DNA from: a virus | IMG/VR virus record: IMGVR_UViG_3300025237_000001 | Span: 32,001 to 96,000 of that record | DNA length: 64,000 nt | Strand: one strand, 5' to 3' | Shown here: in pieces, positions 9,811 to 18,002 of the stretch | Layout: each line of letters begins with the position of its first letter | Position numbering within the stretch: the first letter of the stretch is position 1 | The notes under the pieces: generated by a model | Database searches by the model: none | The model's input: only the letters and a program-made list of their open reading frames with translations | Told to the model about the DNA's origin: nothing | Made by a program: the position numbers and the translations under genes

Positions 9811-10811
9811 GATTAAATACACTGTATACGCAAATATTAAACGAAGGAACAGGTTGTCCAGTTCTTAAAGTAACTAAACAGATTCAATCTGAGGTAATAA
9901 GATTTAAATCTGATGAAGATTTATTAAGAGGTGGTGGTATTTCAATAGAAGCTTTAGATAGAGCCGCACATGGCTTCTCTGAGGGTGATATTAAGACAAT
10001 ACACCCTAGTAAGTTATCCATTAAATGGAAAGAAGACCATGAAAATGTTATGTGGGAGATTAAAAAAAGTGGAATGAACATCACTCAATGGTCTAAACAG
10101 ATAAATTTAAATGAACCAATTGATGTTAGTTTTAAAAATGGTAAGTTTTTCATTGAAGATGGACATCATAGGTATGTTGCCGCTAAAACACTTAACGTTG
10201 AATTAAACTGTAATTTAGAAATTAAAGAAAATCCAATAAGGGTCTTAGCACCAACATTAGGATATGATGAATTTCATAGATGTCTTTATAAGCAAGTTTC
10301 ATCAGGAGTAAGTGAAATAGTGGAAGGTTCAAAGATTAAAACTAATCGAGGTTATTTAATTGATAACGGTGATAAATACACCAAATTAACTACCGATAAA
10401 ATAGAATATGAAAATGCCTTAAGATTAATTAATAACCCAAATAAACATTTCGTTAAATATTATTCAGCTAAACCTCATAATGAAAAATATTATGAGTTAG
10501 TCATGGATAAACTTAATCCATTAAGTGATAATGATTCTGATATCGTTGATATGATTCAACAAAGCTTAGGACTTCAAGAATATATGTTGGATAGTGCTAA
10601 ACGAAACTCAATAATAAACGAGTTTAAAAGAAACCCAGAATGGTATGAAGGGTTAGGTTCAATACAAGACGTTTTAAAGATTATTAATTCTATTTATCAA
10701 ATGTATTTATATGCCAAAAATAACACTTTTTCCTTATTTGATTTAAGGGCGCAAAATTTAGGTAGAACTAATGAGGGAATTTTAGTTCATTTCGATTTAG
10801 GTTCGGGTTAA
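9807..10811 (+). CDS. ParB/Sulfiredoxin-like domain fused to a protein-kinase-like domain
   Basis: PIDV...FFIEDGHHRYVAA (ParB-N). KYTKLTTDKIEYENA, LVMDKL, DLRAQNLG and VHFDLG correspond to the kinase Lys/Glu pair, hinge, catalytic loop and DxG. Confidence 0.7.
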   Translation: MRLNTLYTQILNEGTGCPVLKVTKQIQSEVIRFKSDEDLLRGGGISIEALDRAAHGFSEGDIKTIHPSKLSIKWKEDHENVMWEIKKSGMNITQWSKQINLNEPIDVSFKNGKFFIEDGHHRYVAAKTLNVELNCNLEIKENPIRVLAPTLGYDEFHRCLYKQVSSGVSEIVEGSKIKTNRGYLIDNGDKYTKLTTDKIEYENALRLINNPNKHFVKYYSAKPHNEKYYELVMDKLNPLSDNDSDIVDMIQQSLGLQEYMLDSAKRNSIINEFKRNPEWYEGLGSIQDVLKIINSIYQMYLYAKNNTFSLFDLRAQNLGRTNEGILVHFDLGSG

Positions 10812-11347
10812 AATGTTTCGTGAGTTGCGAATCTTTTAATTTTATAACAAGTATTTGGTGTTAAACCAGAATAATTATCGGTTAAAAATAAATTATGTCG
10901 CTGATTGTATAACATATCACTATCATCATCAATAATAGCGTACTTATAAAAGTCATAATAGTTTATACCATATTTTTCCTCAACAATATTATCTTTTATC
11001 CACCTTTTAATTTCATTTCCCCTACAACAGTCTCTACAACCATATGGAGTAACGTCATGGACCTTAAAGGTACCACCTACTCTATCAAAAATCTCTTGTA
11101 GACCTTCCACACCATAATTTCGCCAAGTACTACTTACAACTACCTTTGCATCAATAGCTACAACTAAGTTATTGAACCATGAAATCCTTTCACGACAAAA
11201 TTGGTTAGCGTGATAAGCTGCCATATCCTGTTCTTCGGGGAAACCATCTTTTGTCCATCGTTCATGTCTTTCCTTATAGAAAAGTTGACAATTGAAAACT
11301 CCATCTATGTCTAGAAATATAATAAAAGGTACTTTTTCCATTACCAA
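10808..11347 (-). CDS. HAD_SAK_2-type phosphatase (HAD family associated with RNA repair)
   Basis: IIFLDIDGVFN, VVVSSTWR, RGNEIKRWI, YAIIDDDSDM, GLT motifs. Confidence 0.85.
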   Translation of the reverse strand: MVMEKVPFIIFLDIDGVFNCQLFYKERHERWTKDGFPEEQDMAAYHANQFCRERISWFNNLVVAIDAKVVVSSTWRNYGVEGLQEIFDRVGGTFKVHDVTPYGCRDCCRGNEIKRWIKDNIVEEKYGINYYDFYKYAIIDDDSDMLYNQRHNLFLTDNYSGLTPNTCYKIKRFATHETF

Positions 11348-11646
11348 CTAAGTTTTTCTTCAGCTTCTTCTTCTGTTAAATGATTTTTTAAATCAAATAG
11401 AGCGTAATATTTCTCACCATTTTCTTGAACATAAAACATTTGAATCCCATCAACAGTGTTACCCACTTGATTGGCATATTCATAACTATACACATCATCT
11501 TTTAGATAACTTATTTCATCTGAATGTAAACGCCAAGGATGTTCTATATTATTTACAATTTCCATATAACCATCAACATCAAATATTGAGAATATTTGCG
11601 CTTTAGCGGCATAAAAATCTTCTATAACTTCTTTTACTACACTCAT
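11341..11646 (-). CDS. hypothetical protein
   Basis: 101-aa ORF tightly packed with its neighbours. Confidence 0.7.
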   Translation of the reverse strand: MSVVKEVIEDFYAAKAQIFSIFDVDGYMEIVNNIEHPWRLHSDEISYLKDDVYSYEYANQVGNTVDGIQMFYVQENGEKYYALFDLKNHLTEEEAEEKLSW

Positions 11647-11879
11647 TATGTAGCTTCTTGAACCAATGTATAACGTGAGAACGTTATCTTATCACCGAAT
11701 TTGTTTTTTCCTTCTTCAGTTACCGAAGTGATAACATGACCATCTTTCTTCAAATTAAAGATTGTAGCAGCCAATCTAGTGTTACCTAATTGATTGATTG
11801 CATACCAAGGACTAATTGATTTTGACGCATGAGTTCTCATTGCCTCTAATACACGTTCTTTTCTAGTTACTTTTGCCAT
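11646..11879 (-). CDS. small winged HTH protein (HTH_39-like)
   Basis: VLEAM..SISPWYAINQLGNTRLAATIFNLKKDGHVITS...YTL pattern. Confidence 0.75.
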   Translation of the reverse strand: MAKVTRKERVLEAMRTHASKSISPWYAINQLGNTRLAATIFNLKKDGHVITSVTEEGKNKFGDKITFSRYTLVQEAT

Positions 11880-11908
11880 AATATAATGTTTTTATTATTA
11901 TTAAAGTA

Positions 11909-11940
11909 CAAATATACAAATAATATTTTAACTTTCCAAA
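11909..11940 (-). promoter_or_regulatory. Bacteroidota-type promoter
   Basis: Minus strand reads TTTG (11940-11937)-N20-TATATTTG (11916-11909), upstream of the HTH gene. Confidence 0.6.
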
Positions 11941-12069
11941 TTTTTGTTAATTATTTCTAATTTTCTTTTTTCCATTCGACTAATTAAAGTCAAAGACTTG
12001 CGTATTGGATTATCTTCTATCCAAAATCTAGCTCTTTTTAACTCAAGTTTAACCTCAGCCAATGTCATT

Positions 12070-12300
12070 TCATTTATTACCATCTAATAATTCTTTAGAA
12101 CGGTAATAATCATCTATTCCACCGCCACATTCTGGACATGTTGGGTAAGGTATATCATTACCTTTAAATTCATCCCACTCATACTCGATTTCAGCGTCTT
12201 TTAAGAGACCATCCCATTCACAATCCATACACGAGCCACTATCAACCGTAAATTCATCTACGGGTGTCTCATTAACTTTAATTCTTTTAAACGTCATCAT
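12070..12300 (-). CDS. small zinc-ribbon protein
   Basis: CMDC...CPECGG; start moved to MMTFKR. Confidence 0.6.
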   Translation of the reverse strand: MMTFKRIKVNETPVDEFTVDSGSCMDCEWDGLLKDAEIEYEWDEFKGNDIPYPTCPECGGGIDDYYRSKELLDGNK

Positions 12301-12727
12301 GATTAATTTTATATTCAATAACACCGTCTTTATGTATTACACCAAATGTTACATGAGTGTCTTCACCATTAGCCATATCACAACCTATGATATATTTAGG
12401 TTTATTATATTTTAATAAGTCATACGATTTTCGATAACTAGCAGTAATTAAATTTAATACTCTAGTTTCAACATCTTTAGGAAAGTTTTTTTTAAATATT
12501 GCAGTCTTACACCTTGTAAACCATAACTTATAAAAAGTTTCTGTCATATTTTTGGTATGTGATAGGTCATCCATAGCATAGTTGAAGTTTACTAGAATTT
12601 TCCCAACTGACTTCGTTGTGCTTTTATTATTTAAATCAGTTAGTATTTGAGCTAAGTCAATTGCACATTGTGAACTACCATATGTGTTCTTGTCAACTTC
12701 ACCACGATTTGATTGTTTATATTTCAT
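12287..12727 (-). CDS. hypothetical protein
   Basis: 146-aa ORF; no motif recognised. Confidence 0.6.
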   Translation of the reverse strand: MKYKQSNRGEVDKNTYGSSQCAIDLAQILTDLNNKSTTKSVGKILVNFNYAMDDLSHTKNMTETFYKLWFTRCKTAIFKKNFPKDVETRVLNLITASYRKSYDLLKYNKPKYIIGCDMANGEDTHVTFGVIHKDGVIEYKINHDDV

Positions 12728-12740
12728 GTGACAATATTAC

Positions 12741-12777
12741 AAAAAAAAAGGGAGAAAACCTAATTTTCTCCCTTTTT
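12741..12777. terminator. intrinsic terminator with A/T runs on both sides, after the vWA gene
   Basis: AAAAAGGGAGAAAA-cctaa-TTTTCTCCCTTTTT, perfect 14-bp stem. Confidence 0.85.
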
Positions 12778-12798
12778 AATATATTTTAATTCTTAATC

Positions 12799-13440
12799 TT
12801 AAGAATCACTACCCGTATCTGAATCTGAATCAACTAAGTTTTCAGTTTGTACATCATTATCAATCACACTAGCAAAATACAATGATTTTGACATGTTTCT
12901 TGAAACACTAGCTAAAGTTGTACCAACACCACTATCAGCGTATTGGAACGTATTGCTACGGCTAATACCTAGATTCACTGCACTTTCAATTGCACCTTCT
13001 GTTGTTCCCATAAAGGTTAATCCCCATTCTTTTTTCTTAGCTTTTTTAAGAAGCTTTTGAACATCTGTTTGGGTAAACTCTTTGGAATCATTTTCACCAC
13101 CATCGGTAAGAATACTTACGAACACACCGTCTTGTTTTTTACCTACAAGACCAAAACTTTGTCCGATTGCATCATATAGAGCAGTCATACCATTTGGTCT
13201 GTAATTGTCAGCACTTTCATAAGTGATGTTTTTTCTTTTTGAAGAGTCTAATAAAACTGTAAACTTTCCAGCAGATGAAAACTGCGAAACTATAGTTCTA
13301 ATTTTAGCATCACCCTTTGTTTTTTTCATATCCTTTCTGACATCCTTAAGTAAGTCTTTAAGACCACCTTGCACTTCTTGTGTTTTGCTACTCATACTTG
13401 AACTAGCATCTACGATAATTAAATTTGTAATTTTTTTCAT
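12799..13440 (-). CDS. von Willebrand factor A (vWA) domain protein
   Basis: MIDAS DASSSM, GMTALYDAIG, ILTDGGENDSKEF. Confidence 0.9.
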   Translation of the reverse strand: MKKITNLIIVDASSSMSSKTQEVQGGLKDLLKDVRKDMKKTKGDAKIRTIVSQFSSAGKFTVLLDSSKRKNITYESADNYRPNGMTALYDAIGQSFGLVGKKQDGVFVSILTDGGENDSKEFTQTDVQKLLKKAKKKEWGLTFMGTTEGAIESAVNLGISRSNTFQYADSGVGTTLASVSRNMSKSLYFASVIDNDVQTENLVDSDSDTGSDS

Positions 13441-13525
13441 TTTGTAATATTTTAAGATTTGTTAATAATTGTAATTATACTATTTTTTTATTATATAAAC
13501 AAGTATTAAACAATGTTATTAGTAA

Positions 13526-13540
13526 AACGTGATTAAACTA
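13526..13540 (+). repeat. left arm of a perfect 15-bp inverted repeat (partner at 14608-14622)
   Basis: AACGTGATTAAACTA at 13526-13540; TAGTTTAATCACGTT at 14608-14622. Confidence 0.9.
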
Positions 13541-13545
13541 ATTAT

Positions 13546-14520
13546 TTATTGTTGTTTACCGCAAAATGCGCAAAACTTTGTTTTACATCTACCACCACAA
13601 TTTGTGCAATGCTTAGTGTAATAATCAACCGAAGTTAATTGTTTTTGTGATTTAGGTGATAACTTATACTTAATGATATGGAATGACATCATTTCGAAGT
13701 CACCCGAAGCCTCACGTAAATCTTGTTTAGAATTTGAACCCTTTTCAACTCTACCAGTTTCAATTGTAGTTGGTGTAGCGTTACTCGCTGTGGTTGTTCT
13801 ACGTCTCTTACCTTTAAGATTTTTAGATTTTAAGGATTGGTCCTTTTCATTGGTTAAAGTTATACCTCTTGTTGCGATGTTACCATCGACACTTAAATCA
13901 CCCTTTATATTTACATCACCATCAATAGTTAAAGAAGCTGCATTTGATTCACCTCTTACGGGAATAAATATATCTTCGTTTATATTCAATTGATTATAAC
14001 CACCAGTTGACGTTGTTAAAGTTGAATTACCCAAAGTGTATGTTCCACTGCTACTGTCAACGAAACCTACATTAGTAGTTCCGAATTGGTCACTATCAAA
14101 ACAATCCAATGTAACGGTCCCACTTGACCCAAAATGTTGGAAAAATGGAATTTCTTCAACTTCCTTAAAGAAAGCGATTTCTACATCACCGTTAGGTTCG
14201 ATAGCTTTTTTAGCACTCTTCGTATTATCTACGTTATAAGTGTCAAATAAGAACTTCTTATTTGTGTCTAAAAATCTATCAAGAAATACTCTCTCACCTG
14301 GTCTTATTACTAAGCCACCTGAAATTGGTTTGTTGTTTAATTTAATTGTTGTTAGTATTTTACCCTGAGTCGGGTTAAATAGTTCGATTTGGAATTCTTG
14401 TCCTTTTTCCAAATAGTATGAAGGAATAGTCTTACTCTTCCCATACTTTTTAATCCTACTTTTATTAATAGCAAGATTTGCTGTAGGCTTTTTATCGCCC
14501 GAAGTTTTCTTTATTTTCAT
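13546..14520 (-). CDS. phage protein with beta-rich N-domain, low-complexity middle and C-terminal zinc ribbon
   Basis: GQEFQIELFNP...GGLVIRPGERVFLDRF...FLFDTY; ends CTNCG...KFCAFCG. Confidence 0.8.
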   Translation of the reverse strand: MKIKKTSGDKKPTANLAINKSRIKKYGKSKTIPSYYLEKGQEFQIELFNPTQGKILTTIKLNNKPISGGLVIRPGERVFLDRFLDTNKKFLFDTYNVDNTKSAKKAIEPNGDVEIAFFKEVEEIPFFQHFGSSGTVTLDCFDSDQFGTTNVGFVDSSSGTYTLGNSTLTTSTGGYNQLNINEDIFIPVRGESNAASLTIDGDVNIKGDLSVDGNIATRGITLTNEKDQSLKSKNLKGKRRRTTTASNATPTTIETGRVEKGSNSKQDLREASGDFEMMSFHIIKYKLSPKSQKQLTSVDYYTKHCTNCGGRCKTKFCAFCGKQQ

Positions 14521-14607
14521 AATTATTTTTAATTTAAAATTAATGTGCAGATATTTTCGTTACCATTTGATAACTCTAAAGTCGAATACGACTCAAGACC
14601 AACACGC

Positions 14608-14622
14608 TAGTTTAATCACGTT
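14608..14622 (-). repeat. right arm of the 15-bp inverted repeat, at the predicted transcript 5' end
   Basis: Exact reverse complement of 13526-13540. Confidence 0.9.
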
Positions 14623-14631
14623 ATATAATTA

Positions 14632-14659
14632 AATATACGAAAAATTAAAAAAAAGTCAA
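14632..14659 (-). promoter_or_regulatory. promoter of the 13546-14520 gene
   Basis: Minus strand TTGACT-16 nt-TATATT; same TTGACT...CGTATATTT form as 3954-3982. Confidence 0.6.
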
Positions 14660-14683
14660 TAGGTTTGTAAAAAAAGTTTTGAA

Positions 14684-16102
14684 TTAACCAATTCTTTCGT
14701 CAACTTGGTTCACAATATCAAAAGTAATTACGTTTTTAAGTGTTGATACTTCGTAGCTTGATTTTGCTTTAATATCGAGGTAATACCTTTGTGGTACTAG
14801 ACTTGCGGTATCCAATAAAAAATAATTATGGTTGAATGCAATCTCAACTGACGTATAATCAATTACAGTATATTCAGCGTTACCTTCTTTAATATAAATT
14901 CTATATTCTAAGGCATCTAAAACTTCTTGTTCGTTAACTGTATAAGGGACTCTAGCAGAAATTCTAATTTTTCTAACATCACCTCTGTTGATTTTTTCCT
15001 TGTCTTTAACTCCAGATACATTAAATGTAAAATCTAATGGGATTGAAGTATCAGAACCAAGACCATAATATTCACCAGCGTCCTTCAATTCAAATTCCAT
15101 TTCAATATCGGGTCTAGTAACACCGTTGATTACAACTCCTGACCAAACGTCTTCATATAGTACACAACCAATTGAAGTTGTTGGTACCATTAAATCGATT
15201 GAATAAACTCCTTGAGATATGTGAGTGATACCACTACTAGTAATAGCTGAAAATACATCACCTGAATTATCTAATATTGATACGCTCATACCTGACATAA
15301 CATCAACGTCTGTAGGTATTCCACCAACATTAACATATAAATAAAGTTTATTATTTTTATCTAGATAGAATTTACCTCTATCATCGTTGATTGTTTCTGA
15401 ATATCTACTTTCTACATAAGGTTCATAGAAAGTTTGTGTATGTCGAGTAAAGAACCCAACGTATTTTAAATTATCTAAGACATCATTTTCACGAGCCTCA
15501 TCAAATGCGATTCCTAACCCATTGTTAGTATCACCTGTTAAATATGCATTTACAATGTCAGTAACATCCATTTCAAGATTTTCATTACCATCTTCAAAGT
15601 GTTGTGTTACTAAGGTTTGTCCAGTCCATCCAGAGAATACACCACTACCATTAGCCCAAACAGTACCTGTCTCCGCTTCAATCCAATTTGAAGCAGCATT
15701 GCTATATACTGACGAATCAGATGAAGTGAAATATTTTTGACCAGCAAAATCATAACCCACACCTTCATCCCAAGGTTGGTTAACTGCAAATAAGTTTAAG
15801 TTGAAAGATGATGTTCTATCTTTACCATCACCAGTTTCTTTACTTAGTAAAGAATCATCGAATGTCCCAGTATTGGTCATTCTAAGTGTGTGTTTTAATT
15901 TAGATAAATCAGGATACATACCTTTATCTCTAAACGCTTCGATTCTTGAGGTATCGAATTGAAAGATATATCTTGTGAATAGTGGATTTTCAGTTGTCCA
16001 CACACCACCGTAAAATAATTCAGCTACAGGGTTTTTACCTGTATTGGTATTATCATTGTAAACCAGTGTGTTATTTCTATCGAAGTATGTTCTTAGTACC
16101 AT
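14684..16102 (-). CDS. virion structural protein (beta-rich, DNRLRE-like N-domain, Ig-like C-domains)
   Basis: 472 aa; TRYIFQFD...MDVTDIVNAYL..NNGLGI..FFTRHTQT pattern; TATTTATA upstream. Confidence 0.55.
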   Translation of the reverse strand: MVLRTYFDRNNTLVYNDNTNTGKNPVAELFYGGVWTTENPLFTRYIFQFDTSRIEAFRDKGMYPDLSKLKHTLRMTNTGTFDDSLLSKETGDGKDRTSSFNLNLFAVNQPWDEGVGYDFAGQKYFTSSDSSVYSNAASNWIEAETGTVWANGSGVFSGWTGQTLVTQHFEDGNENLEMDVTDIVNAYLTGDTNNGLGIAFDEARENDVLDNLKYVGFFTRHTQTFYEPYVESRYSETINDDRGKFYLDKNNKLYLYVNVGGIPTDVDVMSGMSVSILDNSGDVFSAITSSGITHISQGVYSIDLMVPTTSIGCVLYEDVWSGVVINGVTRPDIEMEFELKDAGEYYGLGSDTSIPLDFTFNVSGVKDKEKINRGDVRKIRISARVPYTVNEQEVLDALEYRIYIKEGNAEYTVIDYTSVEIAFNHNYFLLDTASLVPQRYYLDIKAKSSYEVSTLKNVITFDIVNQVDERIG

Positions 16103-16123
16103 TGTTTCTTTTATTATAAATAG

Positions 16124-16471
16124 TTAGTTATCTAGTAATAATTCGTAAATTGCTTTACGTTCTTCCAAACCCTCAATTAACAGTATTTCATAGTCTAATT
16201 TAGGACTAGTGTCGTCTGGTGGTATAATCCTACCACCGTATGCACCTCTAACTCTACCAATTATTTTTTTACTTTCAGCTAACAGTAATCTACTAATAAT
16301 AACATTTCTATTAAATTTAGATGTGATAGTGATATTATGATTTTCTAAATCTTCCTCCACCATTTCAAGTATAATTTCGAACATATCATCATCCATAGTA
16401 AAATTTATTAACGGTACTCCTAAACGCCCTTTAACCCATTTAAACATTTTTTCCAAATCAATTTTATTCAT
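16124..16471 (-). CDS. miniature paralog of the neck protein at 49288-50463
   Basis: RLGVP and AESKKIIGRVRGAYGG...LDYEILLIEG align with SLGAP and AEAKKALGRTRGKFGG...MDYETLITEG. Confidence 0.65.
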   Translation of the reverse strand: MNKIDLEKMFKWVKGRLGVPLINFTMDDDMFEIILEMVEEDLENHNITITSKFNRNVIISRLLLAESKKIIGRVRGAYGGRIIPPDDTSPKLDYEILLIEGLEERKAIYELLLDN

Positions 16472-16472
16472 A

Positions 16473-17414
16473 TTAATTAATCTTTATATTTTTGGATAGT
16501 ATTGACTCTAAATTAAATTCTAATAAAGTATCAATATCATTGGCACCAGAAAGGTCTTGTGGTTTCATACCTGGAAATGCATGAACATGATTAATAAAAG
16601 CATTAATAAAAACCTTTATTAAATCAATTAAATTATCACCAAATACCAAAGGATGTGCATTATTAATTATTTTTTGCATTTCTATATCTGTAATCATAGA
16701 TTCTTGGTCGTTTAACTTAAACCTAGGACTACCATTTTCGTGTGTTAATAAATTAATTTTATTACTCACAACGTTGATTACTCCACCAAGTTTTGATTCT
16801 TGATTTTCTGTTTCTTCACGTAACGTTACATCGTGTTTAATTTGAATAAATGATGGATTGACTTTGTTAAATTTTGGTATTTCACCAATAATAACTTTTG
16901 AGTCGAATTGACCCGCTCTTAATACAATTTCTTTTTCTTTTAAAAGTATATCAGAATTGTTTCTACCTTGAATCGCAATAGTGTCTAATTGTGGGTATAC
17001 TCCTTTGTTTTCTGGGATAGTATCAGGTGAAGCTTTTGCTTCTTTTATACCACTAGATAATGTTGACCTTGCAGAAAATAAATCACTTTCTTTATATAGG
17101 TTTTGTGGTTGTGAAATAATTGGACCTAAATATAATCTATCTATAAATGGATTCTTAACATCTGGTATGAAAACTAATACAGTCTCACCCACTTTAGGTA
17201 TGATATGAATGAATTTTTGGAGCATAGGGAATGCAAAGCCTAATTGTGACCCTGATAAGGTATCATCTATACCAATTATACGCACTTTAATGCGATTTGC
17301 GCCTAGTTCATCAATATTTGATGTAACCTTACCATAATAGAAGATAGTGGTCTCTAAACGTCCTCTAGAGCCTTGGTTATATATACTAGTACCACCGAAT
17401 GCAAACTTACTCAT
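16473..17414 (-). CDS. baseplate hub/spike protein with gp5-like N-terminal OB fold
   Basis: YYGKVTSNIDELGANRIKVRI...IPKVGETVLV; C-terminal HVH motif. Confidence 0.6.
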   Translation of the reverse strand: MSKFAFGGTSIYNQGSRGRLETTIFYYGKVTSNIDELGANRIKVRIIGIDDTLSGSQLGFAFPMLQKFIHIIPKVGETVLVFIPDVKNPFIDRLYLGPIISQPQNLYKESDLFSARSTLSSGIKEAKASPDTIPENKGVYPQLDTIAIQGRNNSDILLKEKEIVLRAGQFDSKVIIGEIPKFNKVNPSFIQIKHDVTLREETENQESKLGGVINVVSNKINLLTHENGSPRFKLNDQESMITDIEMQKIINNAHPLVFGDNLIDLIKVFINAFINHVHAFPGMKPQDLSGANDIDTLLEFNLESILSKNIKIN

Positions 17415-17584
17415 TATCTTTGTAATCTTTTATCTAACACCGCTTTACTTTTAATGAAATCAGCGTCCATATTATCCATTTTATCAAGCAATTGCTTGAT
17501 TCTTAATCTTATCGCCTCATACTCTTCTTTCATCTTAACATGTGATGCTGCGATATCTGTATTTGACATTGTTTCGTAATTCAT
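17414..17584 (-). CDS. 56-aa coiled-coil protein (below the ORF-track threshold)
   Basis: MNYETMSNTDIAASHVKMKEEYEAIRLRIKQLLDKMDNMDADFIKSKAVLDKRLQR*, fills the gap between its neighbours exactly. Confidence 0.65.
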   Translation of the reverse strand: MNYETMSNTDIAASHVKMKEEYEAIRLRIKQLLDKMDNMDADFIKSKAVLDKRLQR

Positions 17585-17587
17585 AAT

Positions 17588-17992
17588 TTATCTAATTACA
17601 CCTTCACCAACACCCATATTAGTGGTTGCTCCTTGACTTATTACTGGTCCACCCATGTTCCCTAGACCTGTTGTGGTTACTTGAACACCTGGCGGTACCA
17701 CGATTTCTATCTTAGCATCCAATTGTAATGCACTTACAACTTCTTCAACCATTATAGCGACCATAGATTCCATAATATTAGTATTCTCAGAGAAAATATT
17801 ACCTACTGGCGCACCCGCTTCTGACTGTCTAGCTATAACGTTTGAAGCAATATTCCTAGCACTCAAACCAGGTTTTAATCTAGCTCCAACCATAACTAAT
17901 TGAGGTGGTAGACTTTGAACAGGAGTTCTAGGTACTGCGAAAGCTGCTTTTAATGTATTAATAACATTACTCATTGAACTTTTTTGTGTCAT
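17588..17992 (-). CDS. hypothetical, probably baseplate-associated protein
   Basis: 134 aa in the baseplate operon. Confidence 0.7.
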   Translation of the reverse strand: MTQKSSMSNVINTLKAAFAVPRTPVQSLPPQLVMVGARLKPGLSARNIASNVIARQSEAGAPVGNIFSENTNIMESMVAIMVEEVVSALQLDAKIEIVVPPGVQVTTTGLGNMGGPVISQGATTNMGVGEGVIR

Positions 17993-18002
17993 ATATTTAT
18001 TA

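Noticed and set aside
12733-13451. 11-bp inverted match (AATATTACAAA / TTTGTAATATT) around the vWA gene
   Set aside because: It is almost all A/T and expected by chance. One arm lies largely beyond the terminator U-tract, so it would not be transcribed.
14550-14600. Hammerhead ribozyme resemblance in the structured leader (CUUUAGA-stem-GAAA)
   Set aside because: The invariant core G5 and A6 are replaced by U, and there is no NUH cleavage triplet in the required position.
13526-14622. Insertion sequence or transposon with terminal inverted repeats
   Set aside because: The enclosed protein has no transposase motif, and no target-site duplication is evident.
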